DNA of 63,573 nt, counting the filler, from Bigelowiella natans CCMP2755 (taxonomy: Eukaryota > Protista > Cercozoa), in the NCBI GenBank assembly GCA_000320545.1. It is 6 parts of 6 records of this genome, joined end to end, with 100 filler letters (N's around TTAATTAATTAA, not from the genome) between each part and the next. Parts side by side here need not be neighbours in the genome. Positions count along the whole stretch, not along the records: positions 47,957 to 61,124 come from ADNK01001405.1; positions 61,225 to 63,573 come from ADNK01002443.1; 4 more parts are not named here. The stretch is one strand, 5' to 3'. Position numbers and translations under genes: made by a program. The notes under the pieces were generated by a model. The model was not told the origin of the DNA, ran no database searches, and was given only the letters and a program-made list of their open reading frames with translations. This document shows positions 53,122 through 63,573 of the stretch, piece by piece. Every line of letters starts with the position of its first letter. Within the stretch, counting starts at the first letter, position 1.

Positions 53122-54625
53122 ACACATACACACATCCATAAATATTTAAAAAAATGCTTATGTGCACGTGTGTACCAGAAGAGTGGAAAAATTGATTTGC
53201 AGCGATGGATTTTGTCAGAGAGTAAACGTTGCTTAGAGCTGGCTCGCTCAGTACATAATTCACTAAGAATGTGTCGCCATACGCAATACCCACTGTAATT
53301 TGAACGATATACATCATAGAAGAAGAAGGAGGAGGAGGACCAAAAACAGCAAGAAAGAGAAATGCATTAGCAAGAATGCTGGAGACGGAGATATAAATCC
53401 CACGATTAAGTAATGATACCGTTCGCTGGATGCTGCTGGTTTTGCTGTGGGATGTTGACCAACGTGGCTTCGACGTAGTAAATGCCGCTTTTCACTCCCG
53501 ACGGCATCGACGACGAGGAGGAGGAAGAGGAGGAGCCCTGAAACACGGTGTATGTGTGCATATCTACTTATGCGCCGTCTCAGATGTCAATGATGATTGA
53601 TGATGAGAGAAGCATCGTCCACCTTTTTTGGCCTTGCCCCGAACAAGCTTTTCCTATTACCAAACCCGTCGATCTTGAACACAGATAGCTCGAGCTCTGC
53701 ACCTATGGAAAATTCGTATTACGTAAGGGCCTTCTTCTTCTTTTTCTTCTTCTCTCTTTCTTGTCCTCCCTCCTCCTCCCCCTCCTCCTCCTCTTCCGAT
53801 CTAGCAACGTCCTCCGCCATCAAAGCAAACCTTTATCTAGGACGGCCTTGATCTTGTCGCCGAGAAGAGACGCTTTCACAGCCGCATCAGCAGTCAGTAT
53901 CTGCTTAGCCCCTGGCCTTTTGAAGCTTTCTCCCACTGCCCGAATTACGTTTCGCAGGGACGAATACAACCCCACCAGGAACAGGGCAGAGCGCTGACGT
54001 GCAAGCTCAACTTTGGTCGTCTTTGGGTGGGGACAGTACACTGTTATTTAGCGGGGGGGGGGGGGGGAAGGGGGAATCAAAACTTTGGGGTCGGAACATT
54101 AGCAAAATTCAATGTGAAGTTTCCCGCATTTATGCGGCCCACGCAGGGAGTCAATTGATATCAAGTCACAGGTTCAAAATCGATGGGGCTTCTGCATCGT
54201 CCGCAAGACTGTTTTCAAAAACGCTGTCTACTCGTAGTATAGCGTGTGAGAGAGCGGGAGGAAGGGTTTGGGGGGGGGGGGGGGAGTGAGTCTCTGCCCC
54301 CTGGAACGTTCTACACATCGCCAGTATATTTCGTAATGTCGCACAAGGCATGGAGTAGTAGTATCACCTTGAGTTTGGACTCGAGGAAGCAGCGTGAACG
54401 ACGATTTCCAGCTCGAGAAAAGGATGGAGAAGAAATAGGTACGAGCACAAGAAACACCGGACAGCGGCTCGGAAGCCTGAGCAACCTGCGAGTATCACAC
54501 CGGTGAGTCCCCTCGTGGCAAACACGAACACATTTACTTTTTGATATAATCTATTCCGGATTCTCTTCTTGTTGTGATTTTAGAATGTAGTGCGCTATGA
54601 TATACACACTTACCTATATTCACAA

Positions 54626-54689
<64 letters not shown>

Positions 54690-55064
54690 TATACGTATGT
54701 GTGTGTGTGTGTGTGTCGCTCACGGCGCATTCGAAAATAGGAAACGACACTGTCGGATACTCTGTTCGCAAACAGTATCCCCAAAAATGTGCTTGCTAGA
54801 TTAGAAGTTGTGATGGTAGCAGCAGCAGCAGCAGTAGTAAGTAGTAGTCGTCATTGCAGTACAAAGTGAAGAGCATTCTTTCCGAGGGTTGCACTTGCGT
54901 CAGGAGCTTGCTTCATATCACCTTCCAACGCAAGAATATTACGTATGTTTGTCGTATGGTGAGCGAGTAGATTATGACATTACCAACGTGGTTTCCTTGG
55001 TTTCATGTATGCTATGGATCAATGTCCCCTCGCCCCCTCCCCCTCCCAAACATACACGCAAATC

Positions 55065-55100
<36 letters not shown>

Positions 55101-55171
55101 ACAGAGAGAGGGAGAGGGAGAGAGAGAGAGAGAGAGAGAGAGTTGTTCCAATGCATACACACAACAAACAT

Positions 55172-55209
<38 letters not shown>

Positions 55210-56281
55210 GTATATATAATGTAAAACTTATTGGCCAAAACCATCGTTTCTATATCGTTCCTACCTTTCTCATGTGCCGCTAGGAGAGTATTTGTTGCGT
55301 CACCTGCCAACACTACGGGTCGTGTCCGCCCAGAGAATATCTAATGCATCGATACTTAAAATTAGCTCAACGACATAAAAATGGAAGGCACTGCTGCTGA
55401 GAATAGGGGGGGAAATCGAATGACGACATTAGAAATCAATAATTATTAAACGAATGATATCACAACACGCACACACGGCGATAAATACACACGTTGAAGG
55501 GGTCTTTTCGCGGGAGCGACATCGAGCCGTATGTGAAAAATGTGTTAAGCGAAGATGAAACCTGATGATTGATCACCACACACACATACACAATTAGCAT
55601 GTAGAAGTCTCCATTTCATGAATGAGCTAAAGGCAATACTGGAAGCATCACACGATCATTGCCGCACTGCCCGCACAACTACTTCCACTTCCCTCCACAA
55701 ACCTGCTTCGTTGTTAAGTTGTCCCTTTCCTTTGGCGGTGTGTTGCACAGAAAATCCAGCATTTCGTCCCATGTTTGACCAAAAAGTTTTGTGTGTTTCA
55801 CGGCCAGAGAAAGCACTGTCTGGGCATCGACTGAGTTGTAAATCCTCTTCTGATACATCAAAAATTGACAACGGTTGAAGAACGACAACGCGCATAAACA
55901 TACAGATATATCCACTTTCCCCCTCTCTCTCGCTTTTAAGAATAAACATGCATATAGTAACCACAACCCCAACCTGGACAAATTCTTCCACGCATTTGAT
56001 CCTGTGCTTTAGGCTGAAGAAGCCTCGCCCTCCTCCTCCTCTCTCATTGTCCTACATTCGGCGTAGAATGGAATAGAGGAAGAAGGTATTTACCAAATCA
56101 AACCAACGATGCTGCCAATGGCCAGAATAATCGACATGCAAACTTGGGGTTGAAGGCATCAAATCATTGTATACTGATGACGGCAATATCGGGTACCTCA
56201 ACGGCATAGGCTTGCACGATGGGCCATTGTTCGATCGAGGGGGGGTCTGATAGCGAAAAAAGAAGTTCATTAACTAATCAC

Positions 56282-56326
<45 letters not shown>

Positions 56327-56350
56327 CTAACATTACTTAACATATTTACT

Positions 56351-56404
<54 letters not shown>

Positions 56405-56442
56405 ATTGTAAACATATACGCACATACACGAGTGTGTGAGAG

Positions 56443-56497
<55 letters not shown>

Positions 56498-56674
56498 ATT
56501 GTAAACATATACGCACATACACTAGTGTGTGTGTGTGTGTGTGTGTGTGTTTTGCGTTTTTTATATGACCAAGTGATGCTGTATTGTTTTTATAGTAGTT
56601 GCAAACACCTTCCACTCGTAAATAGTAGGCAACGCTTGTGTGGAAAATGATGATTTTTATGCACAGCATAGGGT

Positions 56675-56711
<37 letters not shown>

Positions 56712-57128
56712 TACCCTCTTTGTTGGAGGGGGAAGGCACCGGAACCAAGATTGTCTCGAATTTCTCCGTCATCAATACGAATGCCTGGAAAAGGAGCCAG
56801 AGCAATGCAACACAAAGGGCGGCTGTGAGGACGGTACGAACGAAGATTAAGTTACTAGAGCAAAGGGCTGCTGCTACCCTGATTTTAAAGGCCTCGTCCG
56901 CATCGCCGTCCTTTCCATATTTTCGTTCATTTTGGCAGTGAATGGTCACGGTCGATTGACAGCATCCAGAAGTGAGTCTGTTTGGCCATGGTGATGATGG
57001 TGGAGATTAGGAGAGGAGGGTGAGTGGCGAAGGGGTCTACTACATGGCGGTGCTCTAGTTGCCTCACGAAGTAATAGTAAAAGAACAAAAGTACGTGGAA
57101 GACGATGATAGAAATACAAAGCCTTATA

Positions 57129-57180
<52 letters not shown>

Positions 57181-57506
57181 ATAACTGGCAGCACCATCAC
57201 CAGCACCAGCACCAGCACCAACTCTACTAACCGGAGGAAGAACGGTTTTGTTTTCGGGTTGCAATACACTCGGAAAGAGTCGTTGCTGACCACGAGCATA
57301 CAGTCCATGAGCTGCGTCTCAGGGGCATTATTGACCAAATCGACGCCGCTCTCGCCTAGAACAAGCCAGTTGACGAGTTGTCGGGATCCATTATTGTACA
57401 AGCCATCCACCCCCGGCACTGCCAAGAGAGCGCAGTCCGCATTCGGCGTGGCTACGCTTTGTAAAAGCCCGAGACGGTGGCGGAAGCTGAGCGCACGATC
57501 AACCAT
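48600..57506 (-). CDS. DNAAF9: DNAAF9/Shulin (C20orf194)-like axonemal dynein assembly factor, multi-exon; 3' end probably continues across the 47857 gap
   Basis: Ordered motifs match the family as I recall it: [76 protein letters not shown], later GAP...IEGVVSCFD...[10 protein letters not shown]...RELNPSA. Confidence 0.8.
56355..56550. repeat. Intronic tandem duplication (~92-bp unit with (TA)n)
   Basis: (TA)n-aatttatattgtaaacatatacgcacatacac-(TG)n occurs twice in tandem. Confidence 0.9.
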
Positions 57507-58127
57507 CAAGGTGATGGGGAATAAACTGTAATTGTTGACAAGGGGGAGGGCGGTCAAGATAGGCTGCTCGCCTGGCTAGCTGGGGCTATCAGTTTCAAGG
57601 GGGTGCCCGTTAGAGTAACTGATCTTTCGCTGATCGGTCAAAATCGATAGCCTTTTAGGAATAGATTTTACCAGGATATATCCAACCGTTTTTTTAGGAA
57701 AAATCAGAAAGGGGTTGGGAAAAACTTGACCCGGGACATATGCCTCCAGAAATGTAGGACAGATATCTCTCCGGTATATTATTTCCTGGTTATGATAGAG
57801 TACTTGGTCAGAATAGCATTGATTTACGTGCTACGACAACTAAAAAGGGGCCGAATTTCGAAAAGCGTGCCTGCCTCGTCTGCGACCCTCGCTCCCCCTC
57901 CAAAATCACACGCCTTCCGCAGAAGCTCCATTTACAAGCGGTAGTCCGGTGTTCTCTTTGACATGTTGCGTACATAGAGGAATGGTCTCCTCCACGTTGA
58001 TGTGTAAGCAGTCGGGGTGGTTTTATGTATGGTGAAATAATACCCAGGTGGTGGTGAAGAGTCAACCGACGACCTCTTGGCAGCAGCCCGCCCCCGAATC
58101 TGGCCGAATCATTGCTGTTTATAAAGA

Positions 58128-59284
58128 ATGTCGAAGAATTTCAGGTGGTTGTAGCAGCGGATCACTGAAGCATTCATTCGGTGTTCGTCACCGCGCTTTC
58201 GCTTCTCAAATGCAAAGATAGGCTAGAAGATGCCGTTGTTTTCTCTCTTTCTTTTGCGATTTGTGTTGCCGACAGGATTCGTACGTGACATCTTATGCTA
58301 TCTTCACACCCATCCTCATTGTTCTCCCCCTCTTTCGCTCACGCGCAGACGCCGCAGTCTGAGCGTAACGGCTAGAGAATCGCAATCGGACTTCGACAGC
58401 GATTTGGCTCTTGACCCGGTTATGGTGTGGTGGTGGTGGTGGTGGTGGTGGTGGTGGCGGATGTACCATCTATCACGCTGTTAGCGAACGAGCGCAAATG
58501 CTGATACATTGATGATGATTCCTGTGTTTTTGTGATGTATGGCTGGAATCATCGTTTGATAGCCATGGCCGGTGATGATGGTGGCTGCTTGTGAGACAAC
58601 AAGACGACGATTATAGCTGCGTCACATATTGCAGCACGCAGCTATGGTGTTTGAGCACCCATCTTCCCAAGCTTCGGTTGTGGTGATGACGATGCTGATG
58701 ATGATGTTGGTGGTAATGGTGATAATGCAGAACATAGGAGATGCGGAGGCTAATCGAGAGGCGAAGATTCGAGCGCTGATCCTCGCTTCTCTATACAGCA
58801 ACATCGCTTTATTTAGCGTGAAGCTCGTGGCTTCCATCATGTCGCGTTCACTCGCAGTTCTCGGGTCGACACTGGACAGGTGTGCGACAGCATATGTTCT
58901 TACACGTGCATCATCAACATCAACGGCTTTCGTCCTGCGACAAAGAAGCAGCACTATCGAGCGAAATGAAGTTTGCAGATGTTGCTTGTTTACGGCATGT
59001 CAGATTCCGTTCGACTGTCTTTCATCGATGAGAAAGCGATGGTGCACTAACTCCTCCTCCTCCTCCTCCTCGGCCCTCCCCTCCTCCTCCGTCTGCCCCT
59101 CCTCTTCCTGCTGCTGCTTCTGTTGTGGTGTGTGTGTGTGTGTGTGTTCCTCTTGATAGTTTCCTAGACCTTTTGACGCAAGTTGTGGATTTACTTCGTG
59201 GAGAGATGCTCTAAGACAAGAGACAGAACTCTCTATCCAGCAGGTCATTCATGCTGCTGCCAGTGAATGATAGCAATGAGGAGG

Positions 59285-59322
<38 letters not shown>

Positions 59323-59993
59323 ACACTTACACACACATACACATACACACTTTTTACATGACATGATATAAACGCGACGTTATTCGTCCTGCGACACGAA
59401 AATCAAACCAAAAGCAGCACGACGAAGAATCGATGTCACATTCAGTTCGTGCTATAGCTTGCTGTTTCAAGTGCCATCTCGCTTTGCGACAAGTGTTGCC
59501 AAATGGCTTTGTCAGGGCGCGCCGTAGTCCGTCCGTCCGTTTCTCTATTTGCCTTTATTGTTCGTTGTTTCAAAGGATTATCGAGGCTGGAACCGATAGG
59601 AGTAATCTTATGTGCGAGGTGTGATGATGGCGACGACGACGGCAATGATGATGATATTGACAATGCGACCAAGTTTTATCTGCATCGAAGAATAGTGCAT
59701 ACATGCACACCTACAACCCAATGACGCACTTGCGTGCCATGACATTCGAATGCACTCCTCTCACAAAGGGCGGCTGCCGACGACATGTTGCTATTGCTTG
59801 TCGGCGATGTTCAGTGGTGTCATCATTTCCATCATTATCATCATCATCATCATCATCATTATCATCATCAGCATCATGGGGATGGCTTCGCTGGAGCTAG
59901 TCTTCCAATCGGTAATAAATAGCAGAGAAGAACGAAGAAGGAAGAAAAAGAACACGGAGGACCGACATTAACCCCAAACGCCTGCATTCCCAA

Positions 59994-60042
<49 letters not shown>

Positions 60043-60320
60043 TGTGCATTTTTGTGCCCCAACTGATTCGCAGATAGCCTCGTTGGTGAAGGGCTCGCAC
60101 TCTGTCTATTTTAATAGCTTCTCAATCTCGTAAGTAGAGCATCTCATGGGTGCATTTATCATCATTATCATCAACATCAACACCAGCACGGTCCTCCTTG
60201 AATTGCTAATTTGGTTGTTCTACCAGCATCCTTTTGCTGGCTATTATCATCAAGATACTCCTTTACATTATGTGCAGGTGGGAGGGGGAGACAGACGCCA
60301 CACACACACACACACACACA

Positions 60321-60355
<35 letters not shown>

Positions 60356-60437
60356 TCAGTTGTTTGTTGCTAGTCTGAGCGAATAGAAAATATCTTGCAT
60401 TGTCTTAACAGCGAGCACCAACGGATACATAAGATCC

Positions 60438-60480
<43 letters not shown>

Positions 60481-60487
60481 CAAATGA

Positions 60488-60522
<35 letters not shown>

Positions 60523-60890
60523 ATATGTGGTCTTAATACTTCAGCGCGTATTCAAAGCACTCCCCGTCGCTTCTCACACTGGCAGAGGACCATAGAAACG
60601 ATGTAATTGATAACGAGAATGATAATAATGATGATGACGGAGCTTCCACCCCTGCCTCCTTCCAATCACACGTGTAAACACACACACACACACACGCACG
60701 CACACACACGCGCACACACTCGCGCACATTCTTAAATGCATCGATGTCTGTAAATTGATATACATGCACGCACAACAACAATCATTCAAAGAGCTTGTTG
60801 CTGCTGCTGCTGCTGCTTTGAAGGTGATGACAAACACGATGGCACTTGCTACTGGTTTCATTGCACACGCATTTCCGACCTACTGGTACT
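58128..60890 (+). CDS. Cation diffusion facilitator, Mn-CDF/MTP8-11-like; 3' part in gap; one apparent frameshift
   Basis: SNIALFSVKLVAS..S.SLAVLGSTLD-SFLDLL (TM2 DxxxD), YPAG-LSRLEPIGVI, IMGMASLELV, LAEDHRNDV (TM5). Confidence 0.85.
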
Positions 60891-60927
60891 ACTACTACTA
60901 CTACTACTACTACTGATGCGTGTAAGC

Positions 60928-60962
<35 letters not shown>

Positions 60963-60974
60963 GTCTTCTCCTTC

Positions 60975-61007
<33 letters not shown>

Positions 61008-61299
61008 CCATCATCATTATCAGCACCGTCATCAGCAGCCCCAACAACAAAAACAACGACGATAACACCGCGCGTCGATGCTGCTGCTACTGCTACGCAC
61101 TGAATTAGAGATCTTAGGAACTGGNNNNNNNNNNNNNNNNNNNNNNNNNNNNNNNNNNNNNNNNNNNNTTAATTAATTAANNNNNNNNNNNNNNNNNNNN
61201 NNNNNNNNNNNNNNNNNNNNNNNNTACACAAAAACAATTTTCCCACCCATTTTTTCTTCCCCCCCCCCCCCCCCCCCGCCTTCAATCTATATGATCGTT

Positions 61300-61993
61300 C
61301 ATCCTAATAGCATATTCCGACCCCTCCGGAGAGAAGTAGTGTCATCGTCGCCATGGCTGCATGTAAGACATACCACACGTGCAATGCACAACATCACGTA
61401 TAGCAAGGAATTAACAGCTACAAAACGAAGGAGGTGTTGTAGCCTCAGAGAAATGAACGACGGTTTGGAACAATTTTGATTCCCCGTATTTAACCATCGC
61501 ACAAACGATGAAACTCCGTGTTCATTTTAACAAAATCATTAGCAAATATGTGTGTGTATGTGTATGTGTATGTGTACATATGTATGTGTACGTGCACGTG
61601 TGCGTGCGCGCGCGCGTGTGTCTGTGTGTGTGTGCTTGCGGTAATGCCCCTCACCAACAGGCCCGATGACTCGGATTTTCACGTCTTCAATGAAGAATAG
61701 GAACACTCCGAAACTACCCCAGATGATGGCGACTATCACGAACATCACACCAGCGTACAGGGATATATGCGACTGGAACATATCCTGCAATTCAATGCAC
61801 GTGTGTAGAGCAGGAGGGGGGGCAGTCTTAGATACAGAACCACGCTTTTTCAACAACGCACAATGTGTGCAGCTTTCTGCTGTTAGCTGTCGCTCGCGGT
61901 GCTGCTACCTTTGCTAGTTTGTTAATTCGTGAGTGATGGTTGATCACACCCCATTGGTACACGGTCATTACCTTGTAGTAGCACCACAGAAAC

Positions 61994-62040
<47 letters not shown>

Positions 62041-62160
62041 CACAATAAATAATGTATTTTATTCGCATGTCTCGATGGAGAGGAGGGTACGGAGAGTTGT
62101 TATCGGGGATCATATAAGCATAGCACATGTCAATACAACGATGGATTAGATGATAACTGC

Positions 62161-62202
<42 letters not shown>

Positions 62203-62472
62203 AGAGAGAGAGGGGCGGAGAGAATAATCGTCCTGTGATAACTCTACTCACATAGCTTGCCCAAAGACATGTGTGTGGAAGAGCAAACAAGACTAAAATT
62301 AGCCCTGAAAATATCCATAAACAGCCTTCTCAGAAGGAAATCATTGAGTGTATGCTTCATTTTCGTTTTAGGAAAGAGCGGGGGGCGGGAGGGGGCACAT
62401 CATATTCCAATTCTTAACAATGCCACACACCTCCCACTCACCCACCCACCCACACACAAACACACACACACA

Positions 62473-62512
<40 letters not shown>

Positions 62513-62652
62513 CACACTCACCTCTCTCCAAGCTCCCCGCATCGTATCCGTCGATTTTGCCGGAGAGAAGCAGGAGCAAGGGAATACGAAAAGCCGTTTG
62601 CGTGCTTAACAGCCCGCATTTTAAACGATCGAAAAACCGAGCTGATGAATTC

Positions 62653-62695
<43 letters not shown>

Positions 62696-62884
62696 GCACA
62701 AATGCGAATTATGGTTGCGCGATGTGGCCACAATACTGACCTTGCGGATCCTTCGAGGAGGTGTTGTTGAGTATTCTCCATGCTAGAATGCACACGACGA
62801 GAAACATGACGCCATAGAGCCCTGCCAACGCCAAGTACGCGATGGAACTGAATTGAGACTGCTCCGTATCGCAATTGATCTGCA

Positions 62885-62921
<37 letters not shown>

Positions 62922-63573
62922 ATACATAATATCCATTATTGTTTGGTTACTATTAAATCATATGCTTGTGTGTGTGTGTGTGTGTGTTATTGAGTGTGAG
63001 TATACTACACACACGCTTTGAACAAGTGTATATTACCTGTGTTTGCAGGACCGCAAATTCGGTCAGATGGTTGCAGACGCATATTGCTTCGGTAGCTGTC
63101 AACCCCGTGAGCCTATCCCCTCCCCCCCCCACCCCAGAAAGAAAAAGTAAAAAGAAATAGTTAAAAGTCACTCCGCTTTTCTTCTGGCAATCCGATTCAT
63201 ACTCACACACATATAACGACAACAAATCATCGTATTTCTCTCCATTTTGTCAATTCTTGATTCTATCAGTAGCTAGTACTATGTGCTTCGCTACACCTAA
63301 TTATCCAACACGCTGCCTCATCCGCTATTGTTTTTATCACTATTGCTAATATTGTTTTTGTTTATAATTATCGTCATTATTATCACCTGCAGCCTGCGGT
63401 GCTCCATTCTTCGGTAGTCTCGTTCCAGAACTGACAACTTTGCTCTGGGGTATCTTCTTCCGCACCCCCCTGCTACACAAAACAGCAAAGCGCTAATCTC
63501 ACACAAAGTGGGCCAACTTCACCCCCCACTAACACTTCGTGATTCACGCTATGTGTGATGAACATCATCATTT
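61300..63573 (-). CDS. GPS/GAIN-motif, multi-TM (adhesion-GPCR-like) protein, partial
   Basis: ICVCNHLTEFAVLQ (GPS consensus CxCxHLTxFA) followed by TM exons IAYLALAGLYGVMFLVVCILAW, CLWIFSGLILVLFALP and LYAGVMFVIVAIIWGSFGVFLFF. Confidence 0.65.

Noticed and set aside
2329-57506. Possible ciliary gene cluster (kinesin, NDK, KATNIP, DNAAF9)
   Set aside because: Interspersed with unrelated genes and gaps of unknown size; ciliary genes are common enough for chance co-occurrence.
40476-63225. Many ORFs with [16 protein letters not shown] or poly-P/G runs
   Set aside because: Translations of intronic microsatellites.

Overview
Intron-rich eukaryotic nuclear DNA with microsatellite-laden introns and five scaffold gaps (N-runs carrying a TTAATTAATTAA spacer). 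Bipartite plastid-targeting presequences plus ciliary genes suggest a flagellated secondary-plastid alga such as a chlorarachniophyte; this is inference. Genes I could reconstruct by hand: a kinesin, a circularly permuted and probably dually acylated NDP-kinase-like protein, a plastid SRPBCC/cyclase protein, a KATNIP-like gene, a GOLD-domain exon, a signal-peptide + DH(RhoGEF)-like gene, a plastid-targeted unknown, a two-TM DEG/ENaC-like gene, a DNAAF9/Shulin-like gene, an MTP-type CDF transporter and a GPS/7TM gene. There is also an AT-rich, intronless virus/transposon-like insert. The most striking signal is a set of discrete intergenic islands, containing dead integrase and Ras fragments, from which TpA has been almost erased in favour of TpG/CpA while CTAG is spared; Tyr codons in the relics read as His/Cys. 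This looks like a domain-targeted 'reverse-RIP' T:A->C:G hypermutation system. All counts are by eye and no database searches were run.
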